Shown: piece by piece, positions 50,705 to 59,965 of the stretch | Layout of the letters: every line of letters begins with the position of its first letter | How positions within the stretch are numbered: the stretch's first letter is position 1 | Assembly (NCBI GenBank): GCA_043821645.1 | Contig: JBDRCO010000023.1 | Span: 1 to 64,000, forward strand | From: Pseudomonadota bacterium | Lineage (GTDB): Bacteria > Myxococcota > JACRCW01 > JAFGSX01 | Length of the DNA: 64,000 nt | Direction: 5' to 3' | Made by a program: the position numbers and the translations under genes | The notes under the pieces: generated by a model | The model's database searches: none | Seen by the model: only the letters and a program-made list of their open reading frames with translations | What the model was told of the DNA's origin: nothing

Positions 50705-51430
50705 ATGATCTCGTCGAGCGAACAGTGTCGCGATGGCTCCCCACACCGTGCTGGCTGGCCGGATCCTGCCGGAGGACCGCGCGAGGCCCTGTGGATGCGC
50801 GGCGCCGGCACCCTGGGTGACGACGAGCTGCTCGCCATCTTGCTGGGCACGGGCCGTACCGGCGCCAGTGCGCTCGACCTGGCGCGCGAGATCCTCGGGC
50901 ATCGCCGGGTCGACGCTCTGCTCCAGCTCGCCCCTGCGCAGCTGGCGCGCCTCTCTGGCGTGGGCAAGGCCAAGGCCGCGCGCGTGCTGGCTGCCATCGA
51001 GCTGGGCCGACGCGCCCTGAGCGCACCTCTGCAACGTGGTGTGGTCCTCGACGGACCAGCCAGGGTCGCGGCCATCTACGGTCCACGCCTGGGCGGCCTC
51101 GACGAGCACTTCGTGGTGCTGCACCTGGACGCGCGCCACCGCCTGCTGGGTGAAGTGGTGGCAGCCCGGGGTGGGGCCGATCGCTGCCCGGTCCCGGTGC
51201 GCGAGATCCTGACCCACGCCCTCGCAGCTGGCGCCTCGGCCCTGCTGTGCGTGCACAACCATCCATCGGGCGATGCCGAGCCCTCACCCGAGGACATCGC
51301 GCTGACGCGCCGTCTTGCACAGGCCACACAGCTCGTCGGGTTGGTCTTGCTCGACCACGTGATCGTGGCGGGACCCCGACATGTTTCGCTTCGCGAGCGC
51401 GGCGTGCTCGACGACAGCGTGCCGAGGTGA
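50705..51430 (+). CDS. radC: RadC family JAB-domain protein
   Basis: GPRE, ELLAILLGTG, GVGKAKA HhH motif, HNHPSGDAEPSPED, LLDHVIV. Confidence 0.92.
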   Translation: MISSSEQCRDGSPHRAGWPDPAGGPREALWMRGAGTLGDDELLAILLGTGRTGASALDLAREILGHRRVDALLQLAPAQLARLSGVGKAKAARVLAAIELGRRALSAPLQRGVVLDGPARVAAIYGPRLGGLDEHFVVLHLDARHRLLGEVVAARGGADRCPVPVREILTHALAAGASALLCVHNHPSGDAEPSPEDIALTRRLAQATQLVGLVLLDHVIVAGPRHVSLRERGVLDDSVPR

Positions 51431-51433
51431 GGT

Positions 51434-53332
51434 TCAGGCCCGCGCACCGAGCAGGATCTTGAGCGCGCTCTCCAGCACCTGTCCGCCGCTGCCGACCACA
51501 CCGCGGCACAACGCCTGCGCCAGCTCGTCGCCGTGGCCCAGTGCCCCCGCGTGCTCGAGGAGCATGGCCGCGATCACCAGCGCCACGCCGCGCGCACTGT
51601 GGCGGCGTCGGCCTGCCGGCGGCAAGGGCTCGGGGAGCTCGCTCACGATCCGGTCAAACAGGGCGGGTTGGCGCTGGATGAGCTGAAGCGCGCGCCTCTC
51701 GCGCAGCGCCGCGTCCCCGGGGCCCTGGGGAATCTGACCGCAACCCTGCAGCAGATCCATCACCTCGTCCCGCAGCTGGGTGCCCCCGGGCCGTCGCGCC
51801 TGGCCGTCGCTCGCCAGGAAGCGCTGGCGAAAAGCCGCCTCCACGCGTCGGCGCTCGGGACCCGCGACCGGGCCAGAAACCCGCAGCGTGGCCCGGCTCA
51901 ACCACGCGGCGCAGGCAGCCTGGGCCTGCACATCCGCCTTGCGCGTCCCCGCTCCCGCCGACGACAGAGCGGCCCGCGCCATCAGATCTGCCGCGCTCAT
52001 GACCCCGCGTGCACCTGGCGCTGCTGCGGGCCGAACCGCGTCCACCTTGACCAGGGCGGCCAGACCACGCTCCAGGGTGGCCGCGTCCAGGGACAGCAGT
52101 GCAGACCCCAGCACGGCAGGCAGGCGCGTGGCCAGCTGCAGCAAGGGATGCAGCTTGCCCTCCCCGGCCTGCTGCAGCTCGTCGAGGGCGCGCCCCAGGG
52201 GGCTGGTTGGCGAGGTGATGGCCAGGCGCTGGCGCACCACGGCGTCGACAAAGGGCAGCTGCCTGGCCACCTGTGCCGCGTGCACGCGCTGGCTCGCACC
52301 TTCCACGGGCTGGCGCAGCGAGCTCGCGGTCTGGGCCAGCACCTTGTGCAGGGTGGTCAACTTCCTGTGCAGCTCGTCCTGCACAGGAGCCAGGCCCGCG
52401 AGCTGCACGATCAGCCTGTCGCGCGCCGCACTCGACGATGGAGCGCGGTCCAGCAGACGCGCCAGGGGAGCGGTGCCGAGGTCGAGCTTGTGGTATTCGG
52501 CCAGGGTCTCGATGTCGGACATCACGCTGCGTCCCTCGGCAATGAGACCACGCACCAGGCCTCGCGCGCGATCCACCAGGCGAGCGGCGCGTGCGATCTC
52601 GTCGCTGCGCTCTGCCGGCAGGCCCATGGCTCCGAGCATTGCCCGGGACCGCTCGGGCCCGGCGTCACCCAGGGCCAGCACCAGGCGCGCAAGGCGCTCG
52701 GGCTTGTGCAGGGTGCAGGTCACGGCCTCGGCAGCAGCTTCCAGCGCCTCGGCACACACCCGCGACACCTGATCCGCGACGTGGATCACCACCGCGTTGT
52801 CCACCGCCAGACGCACCGCGGTCTGCTCGATGCTGGCCTCGACACTGCTGGCTGGCTTCTGTCCCAGGGCCTGCTGCATCTCGGCCTCGCCGAGCCTCGA
52901 CAGCATGCCCCACACCGCGTGGCCACGACCGGCTGTATCCAGGTCCGCCACCTCGTCGAGGAGCTCGCCGAAGTCGTGGGTCTTGACCAGGCGTGCCAGG
53001 GCGTCGTCGATCACAGGCCTGGCGCCCGACGGCCCCGCAAAGGCGTTCCACTTGCGGCGCGCTCGGGTGCCATGGCCCGCGGCCGCGGCCCCGGGCAGGG
53101 CCATGCCCAGGCGTTGGGCCCACTGCTGCACGTAATCGCGGCTGGGGATGCGCAAGGCCTGGCCCTCGACCAGCTGCGGACCCTGGCCACGCAGCTCGGG
53201 GTTGATGTCCTCGAGCAAGGTGGCCACGCGCTCGTCGCTGAACAGCTTCTTGGCGATGGCCGGCAGGGTCTCGCCGCGCTGCACCTTGCGCGCGCTCAAC
53301 CCCATGTTGTGGATGCTGTCGGAGCCCGCCAT
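51434..53332 (-). CDS. LysM-like N-terminal domain protein with large helical body
   Basis: KVQRGETLPAIAKK...INPE...LVEGQALRIP; no signal peptide. Confidence 0.7.
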   Translation of the reverse strand: MAGSDSIHNMGLSARKVQRGETLPAIAKKLFSDERVATLLEDINPELRGQGPQLVEGQALRIPSRDYVQQWAQRLGMALPGAAAAGHGTRARRKWNAFAGPSGARPVIDDALARLVKTHDFGELLDEVADLDTAGRGHAVWGMLSRLGEAEMQQALGQKPASSVEASIEQTAVRLAVDNAVVIHVADQVSRVCAEALEAAAEAVTCTLHKPERLARLVLALGDAGPERSRAMLGAMGLPAERSDEIARAARLVDRARGLVRGLIAEGRSVMSDIETLAEYHKLDLGTAPLARLLDRAPSSSAARDRLIVQLAGLAPVQDELHRKLTTLHKVLAQTASSLRQPVEGASQRVHAAQVARQLPFVDAVVRQRLAITSPTSPLGRALDELQQAGEGKLHPLLQLATRLPAVLGSALLSLDAATLERGLAALVKVDAVRPAAAPGARGVMSAADLMARAALSSAGAGTRKADVQAQAACAAWLSRATLRVSGPVAGPERRRVEAAFRQRFLASDGQARRPGGTQLRDEVMDLLQGCGQIPQGPGDAALRERRALQLIQRQPALFDRIVSELPEPLPPAGRRRHSARGVALVIAAMLLEHAGALGHGDELAQALCRGVVGSGGQVLESALKILLGARA

Positions 53333-53402
53333 GACCCGCCCTCCGTCGGAGGTGAGACGCCAGGGCGCGCCCGCAGGCGACGCGCCCGACGACGCGCGCG
53401 AC

Positions 53403-55286
53403 CTAGCGCAGGTTGCGGACCGCGGTCATCTGGGTGTCATTGAAGGCCTTGAGCATGTTGCTGACCATGGTGTACATCTTGGACAGCTCTTCCTGGGCCT
53501 TCTGAAGGCGCATCATCCACTCCTGGTCCGAGCGCTTGTTGGGGTCTCCCTCGACGCCACTGTCACCCTCGGCCTTGTCCGCTGCTCCCGCCTCCGCCGT
53601 GCCGGCTGCTGCCGTGGCTCCAGCCTTGGCGGCCTTGCTGGCCTTGGCGCTCTTACCTCCCTTCGCCGGGGCCGCGCCGCCCGTCGCCGCCATGTCCTCG
53701 GCCTCTGCGGGTGCCGACGGATCTGCAGCCTGCGCGCCCTGCGAGGACTTGGACTGGACCGCGGGGTTCAGGTAACTGAAGGGCTGGAACACGCTCTCGA
53801 GGCCCGCGTCCTGAGCCTGCAGGGCCATGCCAAGACCCGGGACGACGCTGTTGGCAGCGTACACCGTGCCAAACTTGAGCAGCTGGTCGTAGTCGCCATT
53901 CTCGAGTCCGTTGGCGATCTGATCACAGGCCTGCGGGATCATCTCCTTGGCAATCATGTCGCCGAGCATTCCGCCGATCATGGCACCCAGGGCTGTACCC
54001 ACGACCGGGATGGGGATGGCCGATCCCAGAATGCCGCCGAGCAAGGAGCCGAGAGCTGGAGCGGCCATGGGCGCCGCCTGCCCGAGCATGCGCACCGCCG
54101 GCGCCCCCACACCCTTGGTCACGTCGACGATGCCCCCAAGGGTGGAGTTGTTCTTGCCCCCCGTTGGCCGAGGCTGGCCATCCTGCCCCTGCACAACCTT
54201 GGGGGAGCTCGCGCTCCCGCCGCCGCCGACGAGGGCGCTGAGCGGATTGCCCGCAGCCTGGCCTCCAGCAGCCGCCTCGCCACCCCCCGCCTTCTTGTCC
54301 CTGTCGCCCCGCGCCTTGCTGACCTCGCTGTTCTTGTCGTTCTTGGCCTTGTCGTAGTCGGCCATCATGGCTTCCATCTTCTTTTCCTGGCGCTGGGCCA
54401 TGGCCAGGAGGAAGAGGAACATCTTGTCCTCGAAGGACAGCGTGGGGTCGCTCAGGAACTTGGCGATGCTGCTGTCACTGACCTGGGGCTTGTCCTCGGT
54501 CTTGGCGTCGGTTTTGGCGTCGGCCTTGGCGGCCTCCGGCTTCGACGGCCCCTGGGCCTTGGAGGCGCCGCCCTTGGCCGGGACCCCACCCGAGTAGTAG
54601 CTCGTGAGCGCCGGCAGCGAGCGCGCGAAGCCACCCAGCACGATGTTGGCCGACACACCCGCCTGGCCATACAGGCCGAGCCGGGCCTGGAACGCAGGTC
54701 GTCGCAGGCTCGCCTCGAGGTTGAACTTGGCGCCGACCTGGCCCCGGGCATAGCCGCTGACCTTGAAATGGGCGCTCATGCGGGCGCGTGGCGAGGGCGC
54801 GAAGTGCGGCGGCGCGGCGTGCACGTCCGGGCGATGCGGCCGGGCGCCGAGCTGCTCGAAGCCCTTGCTGGTCTTTTGCAGGTGCGGAAGCTGGGTTTTT
54901 AAAAAATCCTCGCCATCGGCGAGGGTCGCTGGAGCCAGGGGACCCAGCAGCAGGGCATTGCACACGCCCGACAGCATGTACTTCTCGGCATCGCTGTGAA
55001 CCAGGCCCAGGGCCTTGGCGCCGTCGCTGATGCGGCCGCCTGGAGAGAAGGCCTGAAACACGTCGAGCGCCGCGTTGATGACCTCGCCGCGCGCCAGCTT
55101 GTTCATCACGCCGTCGGCGCGCTGCCCACGCTCGTCCAGGTAGCGCTTGCCCGGCCCATCCACCTGGACCGTGCCCAGCTTCTCGAGGTCGCTGACGGTC
55201 TTCTGGGTGGCCTTGGCCAGCTTGTTCATGGTGCCGCCCAGGTCGACCTTGATGTTCAGGCTCGCGCTCCCGCTGATACTGGTCAT
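53403..55286 (-). CDS. hypothetical protein with Gly-zipper hydrophobic core and T3SS-needle-like C-terminal helix
   Basis: AAGGAGGG RBS; ALGSLLGGILGSAIPIPVVGTALGAMIGGMLG; ends SNMLKAFNDTQMTAVRNLR. Confidence 0.75.
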   Translation of the reverse strand: MTSISGSASLNIKVDLGGTMNKLAKATQKTVSDLEKLGTVQVDGPGKRYLDERGQRADGVMNKLARGEVINAALDVFQAFSPGGRISDGAKALGLVHSDAEKYMLSGVCNALLLGPLAPATLADGEDFLKTQLPHLQKTSKGFEQLGARPHRPDVHAAPPHFAPSPRARMSAHFKVSGYARGQVGAKFNLEASLRRPAFQARLGLYGQAGVSANIVLGGFARSLPALTSYYSGGVPAKGGASKAQGPSKPEAAKADAKTDAKTEDKPQVSDSSIAKFLSDPTLSFEDKMFLFLLAMAQRQEKKMEAMMADYDKAKNDKNSEVSKARGDRDKKAGGGEAAAGGQAAGNPLSALVGGGGSASSPKVVQGQDGQPRPTGGKNNSTLGGIVDVTKGVGAPAVRMLGQAAPMAAPALGSLLGGILGSAIPIPVVGTALGAMIGGMLGDMIAKEMIPQACDQIANGLENGDYDQLLKFGTVYAANSVVPGLGMALQAQDAGLESVFQPFSYLNPAVQSKSSQGAQAADPSAPAEAEDMAATGGAAPAKGGKSAKASKAAKAGATAAAGTAEAGAADKAEGDSGVEGDPNKRSDQEWMMRLQKAQEELSKMYTMVSNMLKAFNDTQMTAVRNLR

Positions 55287-55360
55287 CGCTGTCCCTCCTT
55301 GCATGGGCGCCTGCTTGGCGCCGCAGGTTCACGCATCGTGCGCAATTGGGATCCAGGTGT

Positions 55361-55376
55361 TTCAGGGATTGTGCCA
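55361..55376 (-). promoter_or_regulatory. possible sigma54 promoter
   Basis: TGGCACAATCCCTGAA: perfect -24 box, variant -12 (GA instead of GC), about 75 nt upstream of ATG 55286. Confidence 0.35.
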
Positions 55377-55533
55377 GGCCATCCCCCCAAGTGACTTTTC
55401 CTAGCAAAACATGGACTTGAGATCTATTCGCAAGATCTCGACGGGGGGTCCTGGGCAGGGTCGTGGTGCAGAATGCGGCAGGGTGGCGCAACTTGCATCA
55501 GGCACCGAAGGTGTGTGTAGCCAGGAACGGGGA

Positions 55534-56895
55534 CTAGCCGTGGGTGCGAGCTCGCCTGCGACGCCCGGCGCAGCACCCTGCCAGCAGCGCACACCAGGTC
55601 AGCGCGCCGCGGTGGTCTGCACGCGCAGCGGCGCAAGCACAGCCGTCCTGGCCAACGGTGCCTACCGAGCTGTCCGCGCCGACCACCAGGCTGTCGGGGA
55701 CAGACCGGTCCGACGCACTCGCCCCCGAATCCACCGCGGGGTGATCAGCGAGCTGGGCATCGCGGGCCGCGCCCGTGTCAGGCCGTGCTCCCGCGTCCTG
55801 CCCCACGCTGCCGCTATCCTGTACGCCGCTGCTGCGGTCTGTTCCCGCCGTCGCCGCGTCGGTGGTCACCACACCCGCATCGCTGCCCTGCGCACCCGCA
55901 TCGCTGCCCGCGCTCCCGGTCTCGGCCGTGGTGATCTCGAACACGGTGCTGTGGCTGGCGAAGCAGGTCCCGTCGAAGTAACCCAGGGGCATGGTGGGCA
56001 CGCAGTCACGTTCGCCACGGTCTATCTTGCCGTAGCCCTGCATGCCCCAGTCCTCGCCCCAGGAGTTCTTGATGATCCAGCTGTTGTCGCCGTCGTCCCA
56101 GCCCACCAGGGCCACGATGTGCCAGCCCCGCGTCTGGTTGGTGGTGCGGCTGTACACACCTCCCGCGTAGCTGAGGAAGTCGCTGTAGATCTGCAAGTTG
56201 GCGATGATGGGAGACACCAGCAGCCGCGCCTTCAGCTCGTCGCTGGTCCAGGGCAAGGTGCTCATCTCCCAGTCGTGGATGAAGTAACGCTGCTCGCTGC
56301 CATTGGCGCAGGAATCCGCGCACTGGCCGTCGTTGCCCGTGCTGCCCGAAGTGTAGGGAAAGCAGCTCTCGGCCGGCACGCCCGTGCTCTTGAGATAGGC
56401 ACCCACCTGCTCGGCGGTGCCTCCGCTCGCGCAGTCGTCGATGGAGATGCAGGAGATCAGTTCCTGCTCTGCGAGGTCGATGGCGTAGCCTGGCTGCTGG
56501 CGCACGATGCGGTACTGCGCCTCGGTGGCGGCCAGCGATCCGAACACGAAACACGAACCACAGTCCCCCTGGTCGCGCACCGGCGTCAGGTAGCAGGCGC
56601 CACCCAGATCGTCCCACGAGAAGGTGGCATCGGTGACGCTGGCCCAGGTGGCCCCGCGGTGCGGCTCGGGTTCATGCCAGCCGCCTTCGGGCAGCGCGAA
56701 GCCCTGCGGAAAGGGATAGCTCGGCATGGTACGCCGGGCCCGTTCCTCGTCGGACATGCGGGTCAGGGCCGTGTCCCGGGCCTGCCAGTGCTTGCCTTGC
56801 TCGACGATGGCGCGCTGCACGCGCTCGAGGTCGTAGCGAGCATGTGCGCTGGTACAGGGGAGCGTCACCAGGACCAGAAGCAGCAGAGTTCTCAT
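55534..56895 (-). CDS. papain-like cysteine peptidase (C1A) with MYXO-CTERM-type tail
   Basis: Signal peptide; QGDCGSCF, GWHIVALVGW, IKNSWG; tail DGCAC...hydrophobic...RRRR. Confidence 0.9.
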   Translation of the reverse strand: MRTLLLLVLVTLPCTSAHARYDLERVQRAIVEQGKHWQARDTALTRMSDEERARRTMPSYPFPQGFALPEGGWHEPEPHRGATWASVTDATFSWDDLGGACYLTPVRDQGDCGSCFVFGSLAATEAQYRIVRQQPGYAIDLAEQELISCISIDDCASGGTAEQVGAYLKSTGVPAESCFPYTSGSTGNDGQCADSCANGSEQRYFIHDWEMSTLPWTSDELKARLLVSPIIANLQIYSDFLSYAGGVYSRTTNQTRGWHIVALVGWDDGDNSWIIKNSWGEDWGMQGYGKIDRGERDCVPTMPLGYFDGTCFASHSTVFEITTAETGSAGSDAGAQGSDAGVVTTDAATAGTDRSSGVQDSGSVGQDAGARPDTGAARDAQLADHPAVDSGASASDRSVPDSLVVGADSSVGTVGQDGCACAAARADHRGALTWCALLAGCCAGRRRRARTHG

Positions 56896-56993
56896 GCGCG
56901 CACCCATCGTCCCCCGACGTGAGACCCCCTGGATGGACCCCTGTAGCACGGCGTGCTCGGGGCTATCCCCGTCGGCACTGACCAGAAAACCGA

Positions 56994-58292
56994 TCAGGGC
57001 AGACCCACGCGCAGGTCCGCGGCGACGCCGTAGTGATCGGACAGCTCGAAGCGACCAGCGTCCTCGAACTCCAGCTTTTCGACGAAGATCAGGTCGACAC
57101 TCGCTGCGTACACCGCTCGTGACGACGCACGCACCAGCAGGAGATCCATGCGCACCGGGTATTCCTGGCCGGCGTAGCTGCGAAAGTACAGGCTGTTGCA
57201 GTCCGTGGCCGTGAACACCTGACCCGCGTGGCGATCGCAGTAGCCCTCGACGCCATAGGGCGTTTCGAGGGAACGCGCGGCGTGCCGCGGCAGCGCGAGA
57301 GCCAGCTCCACGTCGCGGGCGGGGCGTGCGTCCACCATGAGGTCGCGAAGCTCGCCGTAATGCAGCAGCAGGGGGTACGCCACGGCGTTGTTCCACCACC
57401 CCGAGCTGGTGCTGCCATCGCCCAGGGTCCAGGTGTCGTCGACGTAGAAGGCTCCGCTGTTGAAGTCACCACCCACCAGCACCAGGTCCTCGGCGGGCAC
57501 TGCCCGCACTGCCAGGCCGAGCTGCCGCACCTGGGCCATGCGCACCCGCCAGTGCTCGGGAAAGGCCGTGGTGTGCGTGTTGAACAGGTGCACGGTCAGT
57601 CCGTCGGCGGTGGTCACGCGCCAGGACAGGTAGCCGCGGCGGAAGCCCGGACCCGGAAAGTTCTCGAGGTCATACTGCACCTCGTAGCTCACCTCCTGCT
57701 TCTCCTCGCCGGCCTGGGTGTCGAGAACGTCCTCGCGGATCAGGATCGCCAGCCCGTGAGCCGGGTGCTGCTCGACGCTGCCGCCCCACAGCCTGTAGCC
57801 GTGACGCCGGGCTGCCTCGGCGAATCGATCCAGATCGCTCAGCTCCCACAGCTCCTGCAGCAGCACCACGTCGTCGCCGCGGCCCAGGATCAGGTCCGGC
57901 GCCGCGACCCGCCGCACGTCGAGCTCCGGCACCACCACGCGGTCGATGAAGCCCAGGATCTTGGCACGGTCGAGCAACCCCAGGTTGTAGCTCACGACGC
58001 GGAGCTTCTGGGCCACCGCGGGCGGCACCACAGCCTCGGCCTCGGCGTGGCGCTCGGTGAACAGCTCCGACGGGTCCGGCGCGCGGGCGAAGCGCAGATT
58101 CTCGTCGCGAAACAGGTCCACCACGCGCAGGTCCGCCCTGTCGTGGGCTGCCTGCAGATACGCCAGCACGGTGCTCTCCGCGAGCACCGCACGATCGGCC
58201 TCGACCGCATCGAGGTCCGTGGGCAGGGTTGGCCCGCAGCTGCACGCTGCCACGGTGGCCACGACGACGCAGACCGCTGTCCCGCTTCGCAT
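56994..58292 (-). CDS. endonuclease/exonuclease/phosphatase (sphingomyelinase-like) lipoprotein
   Basis: SYNLG, LQELW, NTHT, GGDFN, SDHYGV; VAAC lipobox. Confidence 0.85.
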   Translation of the reverse strand: MRSGTAVCVVVATVAACSCGPTLPTDLDAVEADRAVLAESTVLAYLQAAHDRADLRVVDLFRDENLRFARAPDPSELFTERHAEAEAVVPPAVAQKLRVVSYNLGLLDRAKILGFIDRVVVPELDVRRVAAPDLILGRGDDVVLLQELWELSDLDRFAEAARRHGYRLWGGSVEQHPAHGLAILIREDVLDTQAGEEKQEVSYEVQYDLENFPGPGFRRGYLSWRVTTADGLTVHLFNTHTTAFPEHWRVRMAQVRQLGLAVRAVPAEDLVLVGGDFNSGAFYVDDTWTLGDGSTSSGWWNNAVAYPLLLHYGELRDLMVDARPARDVELALALPRHAARSLETPYGVEGYCDRHAGQVFTATDCNSLYFRSYAGQEYPVRMDLLLVRASSRAVYAASVDLIFVEKLEFEDAGRFELSDHYGVAADLRVGLP

Positions 58293-58435
58293 GTCTTCCT
58301 CCGCGTACGCTGCGTCAGCATAGCGCAGACCGGCCTCGGCCACACAGCAAGCCTCAGAGAACAGGACTTCAGATCCCCGGTGCCGGTGGCTATAGTCCCG
58401 GCGCCTGTGGACCCTGCAACGACAAGGAGCGCACC

Positions 58436-59887
58436 GTGACCAGCACCCTGCCCCCTCCCTTTGCCGGACTCGAGCCCGAGACCGTGTGGAAGCACTTCTT
58501 CGCCCTGACCCAGATCCCGCGCGGCAGTGGCAACGAGGCCGGCGCCCGGGCCTTCGTGGAAAAATGGGCGCGCGAGCACAAGTTCGAGGTCGACACCGAC
58601 GAGGTCGGCAACGTGCTGGTGCGCGTCAACGCTTCGGCACCAGGGACCATGGTCTGCCTGCAGGGACACCTGGACATGGTGTGCGTGGCCGACGAGGGCG
58701 TGGACTTCGACTTCGAGAAGCAGGCCATCCAGGTGCGCCGTGACGGTGACAACCTGTTCGGGACCGGTACCACCCTGGGCGCTGACAACGGCATCGGCGT
58801 GGCCTATGGCATGGCGCTGGCCGAACAGACCCAGGGTCCCCTCGAGGTGCTGTGCACCATCGACGAGGAGGTCGGGCTCAAGGGCGCGGGCGGGCTGAAG
58901 CAGGGCTGGCTGCGCTCCCGGGTCCTGCTCAACCTCGACTCCGAGGAAGAAGGCTTCGTCACCATCGCCTGCTCGGGTGGTCGCGATCTCCTGATAGACC
59001 TGCCCTGGAAGCAGGGTGGCAACGTCGACGGCCGGACGGCGTATGACCTCAAGGTCGCTGGACTGCAGGGCGGGCACTCGGGCATCGACATCGGGCTCGG
59101 CCGCATCAATGCCATCCAGGTCCTGGCCCGGATGCTCGATCAGGTCCTGGCCCTGGGCGGCGCCCTCGTCGAGGTCAAGGGCGGCGTCAAGCGCAACGCG
59201 ATCCCCCCCATGGCGAGCGCGCGGGTGGTGCTCCCCGAGGCCAAGCTGCCAAACCTCCAGGCCTTCGCGGACCGCCTGTGCGCCGAGCTGCGCTGTGCGG
59301 CCGATCCCGACCTGAAGGTGACGACCCAGCCCTCGACGGTGAAAGACCCATCCATCGTCGACGATGCCTGCGCGCGCCAGCTCGTGCACCTGCTCGGCGG
59401 CCTGCCCCACGGCGTGCAGAAGCATTCGCCCAAGGACGCCACGCTGCCCTTCGTGTCCATCAACCTGGCGCTGGTCGAGGATCCCGCGGGCGGAAAGATT
59501 CCCATCGTCATGAGTGCACGGTCGCCGGCCGAGACCGAGATCGACATGCTGGTCGCTCGCGTCAAGGCAGTGTGTGACGAACATGGCGCAGCGCTCAATG
59601 CCGAGAACGGCTACCCCGGCTGGGAGCCGGACTACGACTCCAAGCTGCTGGCCACCACCAAGAAGCTGCACACCGAGGTGATCGGTCAGGAGCCCAAGGT
59701 GCTCGAGATCCATGCTGGCCTCGAGTGCGGCATCATCGGCGCGCGCTATCCGGGCATGGACATGATCAGCATCGGCCCGGACATCCACTTCCCGCACTCC
59801 CCGCGCGAGCACGTGTCCATCCCCTCGGTGGGCCGCATGTACGCCTTCGTGCAGAAGCTGGTGGCCGAGATTCAGAAGAACGGCTGA
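58436..59887 (+). CDS. pepD: aminoacyl-histidine dipeptidase (M20C)
   Basis: QIPRGSGNE, LQGHLDMV, TTLGADNGIG, DEEVG, NLDSEE, GGHSG, IHAGLECG, HSPRE. Confidence 0.93.
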   Translation: MTSTLPPPFAGLEPETVWKHFFALTQIPRGSGNEAGARAFVEKWAREHKFEVDTDEVGNVLVRVNASAPGTMVCLQGHLDMVCVADEGVDFDFEKQAIQVRRDGDNLFGTGTTLGADNGIGVAYGMALAEQTQGPLEVLCTIDEEVGLKGAGGLKQGWLRSRVLLNLDSEEEGFVTIACSGGRDLLIDLPWKQGGNVDGRTAYDLKVAGLQGGHSGIDIGLGRINAIQVLARMLDQVLALGGALVEVKGGVKRNAIPPMASARVVLPEAKLPNLQAFADRLCAELRCAADPDLKVTTQPSTVKDPSIVDDACARQLVHLLGGLPHGVQKHSPKDATLPFVSINLALVEDPAGGKIPIVMSARSPAETEIDMLVARVKAVCDEHGAALNAENGYPGWEPDYDSKLLATTKKLHTEVIGQEPKVLEIHAGLECGIIGARYPGMDMISIGPDIHFPHSPREHVSIPSVGRMYAFVQKLVAEIQKNG

Positions 59888-59965
59888 TCCGAGCTCCCCA
59901 GCGATCATCTGCGGAAGAACATCACGAGTGCCGTCACAGGACGGAAGGAAGATCCTGCGGGTCCA

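Noticed and set aside
50705-51430. radC as a marker of a mobile element or defence island
   Set aside because: Full-length HhH+JAB chromosomal type with no integrase, transposase or evident compositional shift nearby
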